DNA from: an uncultured Pelagibacteraceae bacterium | GTDB taxonomy: Bacteria; Pseudomonadota; Alphaproteobacteria; Pelagibacterales; Pelagibacteraceae | Reading direction: 5' to 3' | DNA: 64,000 nucleotides | Assembly: GCA_902595375.1 (NCBI GenBank) | Contig: CACJPW010000002.1 | Coordinates: 13,745-77,744, forward strand | In this document: piece after piece, positions 20,609 through 29,681 of the stretch | Layout: every line of letters begins with the position of its first letter | Position numbering within the stretch: position 1 is the first letter of the stretch | Made by a program: the position numbers and the translations under genes | Notes under the pieces: generated by a model | What the model saw: only the letters and a program-made list of their open reading frames with translations | Database searches by the model: none | What the model was told of the DNA's origin: nothing

Positions 20609-21481
20609 TTAATTTCTAGAATTGATAATTTTTATTTTGGCCTTATTTCTTACTTTTGATACACCTTCTGTAATCACATAGTCACCTTCATTTATTCCAG
20701 ATACAACAGAAACTTTACCGAAATTTCTTTTACCTATTTTAATATCTATTTTTTCAGCAGTATCATCTTTTACTTTATAAACAAAAGCGGTGCTCCCTTG
20801 GATTGTTATAGCACTTTCAGGAACACCGATTTGATTTATTTCGTCATATATGACTTTTACAGTCATTAATTGACCTGGGATTATCTCAAAACTTGAATTA
20901 TCTACCAAAACTCTGGATAAAATTGATCTTGTAGAAGGATCTATTCTTGAGCTAATTGCATCAATTTTTCCTTGAAAAATTTTATTAAATGCCGAACTCG
21001 TAATATCTGCCCTTAGTCCTTTTTTAAGTATACTTACATAATTTTCTGGAACTTTAATATCTATTACTATCTTTTTTAAATCATCTAAAGTCACAATTAA
21101 ACTTTCTGAGCCTAAAACACCTTGAGCGATTTCTCGTTTTCCTAATTTTCCCTCAAAGTCAGCAATTATTTCTTTGCCACTTTTGAGCCTTAAAATTACT
21201 TCACCTTTTTTTACAAATCTATTATCAATATTTAACTTTCCAGATACTTCACTTGTTTTGACTCTATAAGTCTTTGAATTTTGAGCAATAGCCGTTCCAA
21301 ATGTTTCAATGCTTTTATAAAATAAAGATTTTTCAACTTGTTTAACAATTACTCCTGGAGCAGGTCTTACACTAAACTTTTTTTTGAAGTGCAAGCCTAT
21401 AAAATGTCTTGCAGCTATAATTGCGAAAATACTAATAAAAAAGACGATTAAAAAAATTTTTAATTTTGAAAATGTTTTCAT
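20609..21481 (-). CDS. RND periplasmic adaptor (membrane fusion protein) lacking the alpha-hairpin
   Basis: N-terminal TM anchor, split lipoyl motifs, IDPSTRS, IPGQ, VPESAI; start at 21481 overlaps the sseA stop (ATGA). Confidence 0.88.
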   Translation of the reverse strand: MKTFSKLKIFLIVFFISIFAIIAARHFIGLHFKKKFSVRPAPGVIVKQVEKSLFYKSIETFGTAIAQNSKTYRVKTSEVSGKLNIDNRFVKKGEVILRLKSGKEIIADFEGKLGKREIAQGVLGSESLIVTLDDLKKIVIDIKVPENYVSILKKGLRADITSSAFNKIFQGKIDAISSRIDPSTRSILSRVLVDNSSFEIIPGQLMTVKVIYDEINQIGVPESAITIQGSTAFVYKVKDDTAEKIDIKIGKRNFGKVSVVSGINEGDYVITEGVSKVRNKAKIKIINSRN

Positions 21482-22296
21482 TTTTTTTCTAGTCCGTATT
21501 CTGACCATGAGCCGTCATAGATAGTTGGCTTTTTACCACTTATGATAGAATTAGCTAGTCCTAAAATACATGCAGTAACACCAGATCCACATGTAAAAGC
21601 TATACCTTTGTATATGTCTATTTGATTTTGATTAAAAACATTGATCAATTCATCTCTCTTTTTAAAAGTGCGATCTTCGTTTAAAAGTAATTGAAAAGGC
21701 AAATTTTTAGAACCTTCAATATGACCACTTCTCAACCCTTTTCTTATTTCTGGCTGTATACCTAAAAATCTTTGTTTACTTCTAGCGTCTATAAGCTGAA
21801 ATTTTTTACTTGATATATTATCTTCAACTTGTCTCTTATTTATAACAATTGATTTATGCTCTATTGCTTTATAATCTGATCTAGAAATTTTTATAGATTC
21901 CTTCGAAGTTGGTCTTCTTTCCTTTAACCACTTTTTAAAATCTCCATCTAACACTGAAACAAGATTAGCATCATGACCAAAGTAAATAAAAGTGTACCAA
22001 ACTCTACATGAGCTGTAGACTTCAGAATTATCATAGATAACTATATGGTCAGAGTTTTTTAAACCTAGGTTGGAAACGATTTCTTCCCATTTTCGCATTG
22101 AAGGTAGCATATGTGGTAACGAAGTATTCTGATCTGAATTCTTGTCTAAATCAAAAAAAACTGAATTTTTTATACGATTCAACTTAAATTCTTCCTCTGC
22201 ATTTCTATCTGAATTAGGCAAACACCAGGTAGCGTCTAGTATTTTTACTTGGTCAATATTTTTTTCCAACCATTCCGTGGTGACAAGTTGTTTCAT
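21478..22296 (-). CDS. sseA: 3-mercaptopyruvate/thiosulfate sulfurtransferase
   Basis: LPHMLP, DARS..RF, SGHI, CGSGVTA, YDGSWSE motifs. Confidence 0.92.
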   Translation of the reverse strand: MKQLVTTEWLEKNIDQVKILDATWCLPNSDRNAEEEFKLNRIKNSVFFDLDKNSDQNTSLPHMLPSMRKWEEIVSNLGLKNSDHIVIYDNSEVYSSCRVWYTFIYFGHDANLVSVLDGDFKKWLKERRPTSKESIKISRSDYKAIEHKSIVINKRQVEDNISSKKFQLIDARSKQRFLGIQPEIRKGLRSGHIEGSKNLPFQLLLNEDRTFKKRDELINVFNQNQIDIYKGIAFTCGSGVTACILGLANSIISGKKPTIYDGSWSEYGLEKK

Positions 22297-22742
22297 TATC
22301 TGTTCTTTTCAAAGTATCTTTGATGATATTCTTCTGCTTTACAATAATTTTTAAGTCGAGAAATATTGGTTTGAATTTTCCCATTAACCTCTTTATTAAA
22401 AATTTCTAAAACTTCTTTTGCTTCTTTTTTTTGATCTTCATCTTCATAGAAGATTTCACTTCGATATTGAGTTCCAATATCTGGAAATTGCATATCTTTT
22501 TGGGTAGGATCGTGCATCTTAAAAAATAAATCTAAAATTTTTTTGAATGAAATTATTTTCTCGTCAAAAGTCAATCTTATAACCTCAGCATGACCGGTAT
22601 TTCCCTTGCAAACTTCTTCGTATGATACGATAGGATTATGCCCACCAGCATAGCCTACCTCAGTATCCATTATACCAGGTTTATTTTTAAAGTTTTCCTC
22701 AGGGCCCCAGAAGCACCCTAGTCCGAGTGTACATTTCCTCAT
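22296..22742 (-). CDS. msrA: Peptide-methionine (S)-sulfoxide reductase, short form
   Basis: GCFWG, GYAGG, TGHAE, HDPT, GTQYRS, AEEYHQ motifs. Confidence 0.93.
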   Translation of the reverse strand: MRKCTLGLGCFWGPEENFKNKPGIMDTEVGYAGGHNPIVSYEEVCKGNTGHAEVIRLTFDEKIISFKKILDLFFKMHDPTQKDMQFPDIGTQYRSEIFYEDEDQKKEAKEVLEIFNKEVNGKIQTNISRLKNYCKAEEYHQRYFEKNR

Positions 22743-22774
22743 AAGTTAATTATACAGATAATGAGGATATTAAA

Positions 22775-23653
22775 TTGTTAACACGAAATCAATTAGGCGT
22801 ATTGTACGGTATTGCTTCAGTTGCATGTTTTGCGATGATGGATGCAAGTGTTAAATGGCTAGATATGTTTCCTGTAGGTCAAGTTTTGTTTTCAAGGTTC
22901 TTTTTTGGCTTGATACCAATTTTGATGCTTGTTCCTCGAAGTGAATTTAAAACTTTTTATAAAACAAATAGACCCAAGTTGCATGCATTTAGAGCAATCA
23001 CAGGTACGTTAGCAATAATTGCTTTATTTATAGCACTTAGAGAAATACCTCTAGCTGATGTAGTAAGTTTAACTTTTGGTGGCCCTATTTTCGTTACGTT
23101 AGGATCAATATTTTTTTTATCAGAAAAAGTTGGAATTAAAAGGTGGCTTGCAGTTTTAATTGGGTTTTTTGGAATGCTGCTTATTGTAAAACCTGCTTAT
23201 GAAGAATTAAATATATATTATATCTTTCCAATAATTTTTTGTATTTTTTTTGCTTGTGTCGCTTTAAGCATAAGAAGTCTTTCTTCAACAGAACCTAATT
23301 ATAGAATAGCGCTTTATTTCTCACTTTTAAGTATGATTGTAGGATTATTAACTTTACCGTTTGGATGGGTAATGCCAAACACATTTGAATTTTTTCTTTT
23401 AATTTTTACAGGACTTGTTGGTTCAGTGGCTAATATACTTTTGACTGTTTCATTAAGGTTTGCTGAAGCTTCACTAGTAACTCCAACTAAATATTTAAAT
23501 CTAGTTTTTGCGATTCTATTAGGTTATTTTATATGGGGTGAAATACCAAAACTTTTAACACTAGTTGGAGCTGGATTAATAATTATAAGTTCTGTGATTA
23601 TTTTTATGAGAGAGTCTAAGCTTAAAAAAAAGGTAGTAAGCTCTAGACCATGA
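22775..23653 (+). CDS. DMT/EamA family transporter
   Basis: About 10 TM segments in two EamA repeats; FLSEKVG and WGE motifs; TTG start. Confidence 0.85.
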   Translation: MLTRNQLGVLYGIASVACFAMMDASVKWLDMFPVGQVLFSRFFFGLIPILMLVPRSEFKTFYKTNRPKLHAFRAITGTLAIIALFIALREIPLADVVSLTFGGPIFVTLGSIFFLSEKVGIKRWLAVLIGFFGMLLIVKPAYEELNIYYIFPIIFCIFFACVALSIRSLSSTEPNYRIALYFSLLSMIVGLLTLPFGWVMPNTFEFFLLIFTGLVGSVANILLTVSLRFAEASLVTPTKYLNLVFAILLGYFIWGEIPKLLTLVGAGLIIISSVIIFMRESKLKKKVVSSRP

Positions 23654-24273
23654 GAAATTATCCAAGTTATTGGTTAAAAGCTATTAAGATTTTATCTAGG
23701 AAAGATAAGGTTTTAAAAAAACTTATACTAAAATATAATGATAAGTTCTTGACAACTAGAAAAGATATTTTTTACTCTCTTTGTAAAAGTATAGTTGGTC
23801 AACAAATAAGTGTTTCGGCAGCTAATTCAGTATTTAAAAATTTTCAGATGAAATCTAAAAAAATTAATCCTGTTAATGTATCTAAGTTGTCTTTATCTCA
23901 ACTTAAATCTTGTGGTTTAAGTAGACAAAAAGCTTTAGGTATAAAAGAACTGTCAATTAAATTTGTAAAAAAAGAATTCGATCCAAAACTAATAAATAAA
24001 ATGAGTGATGAAGATGCTATAATATATTTATCAAATCTTAGACAGATTGGAAGGTGGAGTGCTGAAATGATATTATTGTTCACTTATAACCGATCAAATA
24101 TATGGCCGCTGCAGGATATCGGTCTACTCAGAGCAATCTCCAATAACTATAAAAAGAAATACTATCCCCCAAAAAGTTTTTTGAATAAACTATATAAAAA
24201 GTTTACTCCTTATTGTTCAGTTGCCACATGGTACCTTTGGCGTAGTATTGACGATGAGCCAATTCAGTATTAA
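23650..24273 (+). CDS. alkA: DNA-3-methyladenine glycosylase II (AlkA/HhH-GPD family)
   Basis: SIVGQQIS, GLSRQK, IGRWSAEM (HhH), P.QD.G, W.LW motifs. Confidence 0.85.
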   Translation: MRNYPSYWLKAIKILSRKDKVLKKLILKYNDKFLTTRKDIFYSLCKSIVGQQISVSAANSVFKNFQMKSKKINPVNVSKLSLSQLKSCGLSRQKALGIKELSIKFVKKEFDPKLINKMSDEDAIIYLSNLRQIGRWSAEMILLFTYNRSNIWPLQDIGLLRAISNNYKKKYYPPKSFLNKLYKKFTPYCSVATWYLWRSIDDEPIQY

Positions 24274-24557
24274 ACCCCTTCAACTGTTTGATGTTGTCGA
24301 TCTACAAAACCATTAAGTATCGAATGCGCAGCTTGATATTCTTTTGACTTATAAAAGTTATTTGCCTCATCATAGGATGGAAACTCAATTACAACTGTTC
24401 TTGGAGATTTATCGCCTTCATTAGATGTTGATCTCCCACCCCTTATTAAAAATTTACCTTTATATTTTGCAACTGCTGCTCTAGCTTTGACCGCATATTC
24501 ACTCAACTTTTCCTCATTATTTATATTTTTATAAACACAAACTACATATCCTTTCAT
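24270..24557 (-). CDS. DUF1330 domain protein
   Basis: GKFLIRGG, VVIEFPSYDEA..FY.S.EYQ; SD AAGGAG upstream. Confidence 0.85.
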   Translation of the reverse strand: MKGYVVCVYKNINNEEKLSEYAVKARAAVAKYKGKFLIRGGRSTSNEGDKSPRTVVIEFPSYDEANNFYKSKEYQAAHSILNGFVDRQHQTVEGV

Positions 24558-24590
24558 TTACAACTCCTTTAAAATAAATTAGCTTTCTTC

Positions 24591-25118
24591 ATGGCAGATA
24601 AACTTATCATTGATTGGAAAGAGTACAATCTAATCGTAGAAAAACTGGCCATACAGATTCATAAAAGTGGTTTTAAGCCTAATTTACTCATTGGAATTAT
24701 GAGGGGAGGCGCTCCAATTATTGATGTATTGAGTCGTGTATTTAAATTAAAATGTGCTTATTTAGCAGTAGAGTCCTATTCTGGTGAGGGTGTCGAAGAT
24801 CAACAAGGAGATTTAGTTTTTTCAAGGGAAATGAGTTCAACCGTTCAAGAAATGAGAGGAAATATTCTATTATGTGATGATTTATCTGATACTGGAATTA
24901 CATTAAACAAAAGTATCGATTGGTTAAAAAAATACCCATCTTTGAAAGGAAATATAAAAGAAATTAAAACAGCTGTCCTATGGAAGAAAAAAGACTCTAC
25001 TTTTGAACCTGATTTTTGTGCACAAAGATTAGACAGCAATCCCTGGATTGTTCAACCGTTTGAGCATTATGAAGAAATAAAAGTTGAGGACTTAATAAAG
25101 AAACATCAGAAAAATTAA
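24591..25118 (+). CDS. Type I phosphoribosyltransferase (purine salvage, Gpt-like)
   Basis: GIMRGG, PRPP motif LLCDDLSDTGIT, WIVQP.E. Confidence 0.85.
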   Translation: MADKLIIDWKEYNLIVEKLAIQIHKSGFKPNLLIGIMRGGAPIIDVLSRVFKLKCAYLAVESYSGEGVEDQQGDLVFSREMSSTVQEMRGNILLCDDLSDTGITLNKSIDWLKKYPSLKGNIKEIKTAVLWKKKDSTFEPDFCAQRLDSNPWIVQPFEHYEEIKVEDLIKKHQKN

Positions 25119-25139
25119 GGGCCAGAGTTACCTGGCCCT
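25118..25139. terminator. Hairpin between convergent PRT and NCS2 genes (likely bidirectional terminator)
   Basis: AGGGCCAG-N6-CTGGCCCT inverted repeat with flanking A/T runs. Confidence 0.75.
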
Positions 25140-25145
25140 AAACTT

Positions 25146-26456
25146 TTAAGCTACGTAGAAACTTATTACGCTGAATACTGCAATTACCCAAATAGCTGGC
25201 GAAGTTTTTCCAAATTTACCAGTAAAGATTTGAATTAATGCATAAGAAATGAATGCAAGAGCTATACCATTACTAATACTGTAAGTTAAAGGCATAGTTA
25301 TCATAGCTACAACAGCTGGACCTGACTCAGCTATATCTTCCCATTCAATATCTGTTATATTTCTTACAAATAAGATTGCAACATATAGCAACGCAGCACC
25401 GTCAATTTCTTTAGGCAAACTTGTCGCTAATGGTGAGAAAAATAAACAAGCTAGAAATAAAATTCCTATGACAAGAGAAGTCATTCCAGTTCTACCCCCG
25501 GCTTTTACTCCCGCGCCTGATTCCACATAGCTTGTAACAGTCGTGGTACCCATCATTGCACCTGCAACAGTTCCAACGCTATCTGAGAGCATAGCCTTAT
25601 TTATATCTTTAACTTTACCTTGTTTATCCACTTTTCCTGCAACGTTAGCAACTGAAGTTAAAGTTCCTGCTGTATCAAAAAAGTCTATAAACAATAAAGT
25701 GAACACGATAGATGCCATGCCAGCCGTTAGTGCAGCTTTCAGATCAAAATCAAAAAGATAAGTCATTGGCGGAATAGACCCAACAACTCCGTTAAATTTT
25801 GCTAAACCCGTAGCCCAAGCGATTATACTAAAAAGAAGAATACCTATAATAATATTTCCTCTTATTTTCATTTTTTCTAAAACAATCATAAAAACAAAAG
25901 TTAAACATCCTAATAGCACTAAGGGATTTTTAATATCGCCAAGAGTAACAAGTGTTACTGGATGGTCTCCCACCACACCCATTATTTCTAGTCCTATAAT
26001 TGCCAAAAACAATCCAATTCCTGCTCCTATTCCAAGTTTTAAGCTTCGAGGGATAGAATTAATCAGCCATGCTCTCAAGGGTGTAAGGGATATAGCTAAA
26101 AAAATCACTCCAGCAACTAAAACAGCTCCTAAAGCTGCTTGAGGGGTGTAACCCATTCCTGCAACTACACCGTAGGCAACAAAAGCATTTATTCCCATTC
26201 CTGGCGCAAGCCCTATTGGCCAAGTTTTTCCATAAAATGCCATAATGAAACAAGCCAAAGATGTTGCAATTATTGTAGCAGTAAAAACTGCACCAAAATC
26301 AAAAAAACCTTTTTCTGTTCCAGCGAATTCGCCGGATAGGATAAAGGGATTTAAAAACATGATATAAGCCATTGTAAGAAAAGTCGTTACACCAGCTATT
26401 ACCTCAGTTTTAAAATTTGTTTTGTGTTTTTTATATTCAAAATATTTTTCCATCAT
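25146..26456 (-). CDS. NCS2/AzgA-family purine permease
   Basis: TTFLTMAYI, APGMG.NAF, DFFDTAGTL, YVESGAGV..GGRTG, PLTYSI..G motifs; GGAGG SD. Confidence 0.93.
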   Translation of the reverse strand: MMEKYFEYKKHKTNFKTEVIAGVTTFLTMAYIMFLNPFILSGEFAGTEKGFFDFGAVFTATIIATSLACFIMAFYGKTWPIGLAPGMGINAFVAYGVVAGMGYTPQAALGAVLVAGVIFLAISLTPLRAWLINSIPRSLKLGIGAGIGLFLAIIGLEIMGVVGDHPVTLVTLGDIKNPLVLLGCLTFVFMIVLEKMKIRGNIIIGILLFSIIAWATGLAKFNGVVGSIPPMTYLFDFDLKAALTAGMASIVFTLLFIDFFDTAGTLTSVANVAGKVDKQGKVKDINKAMLSDSVGTVAGAMMGTTTVTSYVESGAGVKAGGRTGMTSLVIGILFLACLFFSPLATSLPKEIDGAALLYVAILFVRNITDIEWEDIAESGPAVVAMITMPLTYSISNGIALAFISYALIQIFTGKFGKTSPAIWVIAVFSVISFYVA

Positions 26457-26589
26457 AAAAAAGAACCTCCAAGAGAATTAATTACTCTATATATTTGATA
26501 AAATCTTAAATAAATCTTGCACATCTGATAAGATTCAACCCAGAGTAAATATATCTGTTTATAACTTTTCGTTATAAAATAAAGAAAAA

Positions 26590-26895
26590 ATGAAAAAAAA
26601 ATATTTGAACATTTTATACACATTATTTTTGGTTTTATTGCTAGGATGTCAGACTGTTTCAAATAAAATTGAAGATACAACAGCTCAAGAACAAAAAGAA
26701 TTGAGCAATTGGCTTAACAAAAAAGAATCAGAATTAAAGAGATTTTACGGACAACCTAATAAGGTTGAATTTTTAAAATCAAGAAACAGAAATTACGTCT
26801 ATATTACAGAAAAATATAAAATAAAGTGTGTAAGAAAATTTGAAGTTAACACTAGAAATGTGGTAGTAGGCTTTAGCAGTAAAAACTGTTTTTAA
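26590..26895 (+). CDS. Small lipoprotein, function unknown
   Basis: Lipobox LLGC; G.P motif and C-terminal Cys pair; 3 nt upstream of gshA. Confidence 0.7.
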   Translation: MKKKYLNILYTLFLVLLLGCQTVSNKIEDTTAQEQKELSNWLNKKESELKRFYGQPNKVEFLKSRNRNYVYITEKYKIKCVRKFEVNTRNVVVGFSSKNCF

Positions 26896-26898
26896 AGC

Positions 26899-28224
26899 AT
26901 GAATGAAAATACAAAATCCAAATTTGTAAACTATTTTATAAAAGGAATTAAAAATACTGATCAAGTCAAAGTTGGAGTTGAGCATGAAAGATTTTTATTT
27001 ATTGGCAAAGATAGAAATAGAATTGATTATAATACATTAAAGAAGTTATTTGAAAATCTTAAAAAGGAAAATTGGTCTCCAATTTTTGAAGACTTAAATC
27101 TAATTGGAATGCAGAGAGGAAATCAAAAAATTACAACTGAACCAGGGTTTCAATGCGAACTCTCAGGCGAGCCACTAGAAAATATTCATCAAGTATGCAG
27201 CGAAAGTTCTAATTTTTTAAATGAAATTAAAAAAGCAAGTAAGGGACTTGACGTTAGTACTATTTCAATAGCTTTCGATCCTTTCAATGATCTTGAAAAT
27301 ATCCCAAAAAGTCCGAAGAAAAGGTATAGAATAATGACCTCTGAAATGCCTAAACATGGAAAATTAAGTTTAGATATGATGTATAATACATGTGGTATTC
27401 AAGTTAATTTCGACTATACCAGCGAAAATAATTTTGAAAAAATTTTTAGAGTTGGAAATTATTTAACTCCTCTTTTTATAGCATTGTATGCTAATTCTCC
27501 TTTTAAAAATAAAAAACTAACAGGTTTTTATTCTTACAGAAACAAAGTGTGGCAACATACTTCAAGGGGAGGAATTATGCCAATAGCTTTTGAAAAAGTA
27601 ACTTTCGAAAAATATTTTGATTATATAATTAATTGCCCTGTTTTATTTATAGTTAAAGATAAAAAATATATTCAAACTAATGGTGAAACTTTTAAAGATT
27701 TCATTGATGGAAAAATTAGAAGATTTAAAGATAAAGCGACCTTAAATGATTTTGAAACTCACCTAGCAACAATTTTTACTGAGGTAAGATTAAAACAATT
27801 TGTGGAATTTAGGTCTTTAGATACGTGCGATTGGGAATGCTTCTGCGATGGTCCCGCTTTTTTTACTGGTTTATTGTATTCATCTTTTTTAGAAGAAGTT
27901 TTTAGTATTATTAAAAAATGGAGAAAAGAAAACGTAATGAATGCCTACATGCAATCTCCAAAAAAAGGTTTAGAAACTGAGCTCGAAGGTAAAACTTTAT
28001 ACGAGTGGGGAAAAGTTTTTTTAGATTTATCAAAAGCGGGATTAATAAAAAGAGGAAAAAAAAATAAGAAAAACCAAGATGAGACAATTTATTTAAAGCA
28101 TACAGAAAATGTACTTAAAAATAAAAAGAATAGAGCTCAATTGTTAATAGATAAATACAACAAAAATAATAATTTGGACTTTTTTAAAAATGAAAAAGAA
28201 AATTTTAGCCATTCAGGGCTCTGA
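26899..28224 (+). CDS. gshA: Glutamate--cysteine ligase (alphaproteobacterial/plant type)
   Basis: GVEHERF, EPG.Q.ELSG, QVNFDY, ANSPF, HL.TIF.EVRLK.F.E.R motifs. Confidence 0.9.
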   Translation: MNENTKSKFVNYFIKGIKNTDQVKVGVEHERFLFIGKDRNRIDYNTLKKLFENLKKENWSPIFEDLNLIGMQRGNQKITTEPGFQCELSGEPLENIHQVCSESSNFLNEIKKASKGLDVSTISIAFDPFNDLENIPKSPKKRYRIMTSEMPKHGKLSLDMMYNTCGIQVNFDYTSENNFEKIFRVGNYLTPLFIALYANSPFKNKKLTGFYSYRNKVWQHTSRGGIMPIAFEKVTFEKYFDYIINCPVLFIVKDKKYIQTNGETFKDFIDGKIRRFKDKATLNDFETHLATIFTEVRLKQFVEFRSLDTCDWECFCDGPAFFTGLLYSSFLEEVFSIIKKWRKENVMNAYMQSPKKGLETELEGKTLYEWGKVFLDLSKAGLIKRGKKNKKNQDETIYLKHTENVLKNKKNRAQLLIDKYNKNNNLDFFKNEKENFSHSGL

Positions 28225-29113
28225 AATTAACAAGATAAACTATAAAACTGACACGTCAATTTTATTAGGGTTAGAGGCGCAAAAAAGAAAATTTGATATC
28301 TATTATTATGAACCAAAAGATTTGAGCTATAATAATGGAAAAATCTTAGCTAAAAGCTCTAAAATTTATATATCAAATGAATATATGTATCCTATTAAAA
28401 AAATAAAAAGTACTAATTTAGATTTATCTAAGGTGAAAATATTATTAATCAGAAATGAGCCACCTTTTAATCAACAATACATAAATACTACATTTATTTT
28501 AGATCGTCTTTCAAAGAATATAAAAATAATTAACCACCCTAAGTCAATTAGAGAAGTTCCTGAGAAACTTTTTTCACTAAAATTTATTAAGTTTATGCCT
28601 CCAACACTAATTAGTGAAAATTTGGGGGAAATTAAAACTTTTTTTGAAAAACATAGAAACAATATAGTTATCAAGCCTATTGAAGGATATAGTGGTAACG
28701 ATGTCAGACTAATCAAGAAATTTGATAAAAAAAAAATTACAAAATATTTAAAAAAATATAATCATATAATTTTCCAAAAATATATTGCAAAAATTTCAAG
28801 AGGAGACAAAAGAATTTTTATAATAAACGGAAAAGTAATGGGCGCAATTTCTAGAATACCTAGAAAAGGCAGCATTCTCTCTAACATGAGCAAAGGGGCT
28901 TATGCGAAAAAAATTGATATCAACTCTAAAGAATTATTGATTAGCAAAAAAATTGCTACTGAATTGAAAAAAAATAACATTTATTTTGCCGGGATTGATT
29001 TTGTTAATGGGAAACTTATAGGAGATATAAATGTCACAAGTCCAACTGGGCTTAAAACTTATTATGATTTGACGGGAATTAATTTAGCAGAGTATTTTTT
29101 TGATAATATATGA
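28190..29113 (+). CDS. gshB: Glutathione synthetase
   Basis: DTS, R.EPPF, PEKLF, GDKRIF, GIDF, INVTSPTG motifs. Confidence 0.93.
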   Translation: MKKKILAIQGSEINKINYKTDTSILLGLEAQKRKFDIYYYEPKDLSYNNGKILAKSSKIYISNEYMYPIKKIKSTNLDLSKVKILLIRNEPPFNQQYINTTFILDRLSKNIKIINHPKSIREVPEKLFSLKFIKFMPPTLISENLGEIKTFFEKHRNNIVIKPIEGYSGNDVRLIKKFDKKKITKYLKKYNHIIFQKYIAKISRGDKRIFIINGKVMGAISRIPRKGSILSNMSKGAYAKKIDINSKELLISKKIATELKKNNIYFAGIDFVNGKLIGDINVTSPTGLKTYYDLTGINLAEYFFDNI

Positions 29114-29140
29114 TACTTGCGGAGAAGTTCTCCGCAAGTA
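29114..29140. terminator. Perfect 13-bp inverted repeat between convergent gshB and hsp20
   Basis: TACTTGCGGAGAA-G-TTCTCCGCAAGTA. Confidence 0.7.
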
Positions 29141-29148
29141 AGGTAAAC

Positions 29149-29592
29149 TTATTTTATTTCAATAAGTCTTTTTTTCTTTATTTCTGGAATGATTTTTTCA
29201 CAAGAAATAGTCAGTAAACCATCTTTAAGCTCGGCACCATTCACTTTTACATCATCTGCAATTGTAAACGATCTAGCAAAAGATCTTTGTGATATTCCTC
29301 GATGAATAACTTCATCAACTTCTTTTTCTTCAGTTCTTTTAACATCTTTTGTTTTAACAGTTAAAAGATTATCTTCATATTCAACTTCGACATCATCTTT
29401 GTTAAAACCAGCAACTGCTACTTCAATAGCATACTTATCTTTGCCTGCTTTTCTGATATTGTATGGCGGGTAATTGCTTTGTACGGCAAGACTGCCATTT
29501 CCTAACATTGATTCGAATTGATCGAACATGTCATCGAATCCAATGCTAAAAGGTCTAAGTGAATTAAAGATCGATAGATCCTTACTTGTCAT
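29149..29592 (-). CDS. ibpA: Small heat-shock protein (IbpA/Hsp20)
   Basis: IGFD, NYPPYNI, AVAGF, HRGIS.RSF, DGLL motifs; start moved to ATG 29592 after AAGGAGG. Confidence 0.92.
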   Translation of the reverse strand: MTSKDLSIFNSLRPFSIGFDDMFDQFESMLGNGSLAVQSNYPPYNIRKAGKDKYAIEVAVAGFNKDDVEVEYEDNLLTVKTKDVKRTEEKEVDEVIHRGISQRSFARSFTIADDVKVNGAELKDGLLTISCEKIIPEIKKKRLIEIK

Positions 29593-29643
29593 ATATCCTC
29601 CTTTGTTAGCAAGGTTAAAGTCAGCCCCATTTGGCAACCGACA
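29593..29643 (-). promoter_or_regulatory. ROSE-like RNA thermometer in the hsp20 5' UTR
   Basis: 5' hairpin GUCGGUUGCCAAAUGGGGCUGAC, then a CUUGCU motif able to pair with the AGGAGG SD. Confidence 0.7.
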
Positions 29644-29647
29644 GATT

Positions 29648-29677
29648 AGATATGGTAATTATTTTTACTTTTTCAAG
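29648..29677 (-). promoter_or_regulatory. RpoH (sigma32) promoter CTTGAA-N16-CCATATCT
   Basis: Matches the alphaproteobacterial heat-shock promoter consensus; directly upstream of the ROSE-like leader. Confidence 0.75.
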
Positions 29678-29681
29678 ATTG

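Noticed and set aside
26453-26680. 75-aa minus ORF upstream of the NCS2 permease as a leader peptide
   Set aside because: It overlaps the lipoprotein gene in antisense, spans the promoter region, and has no RBS or recognisable composition.
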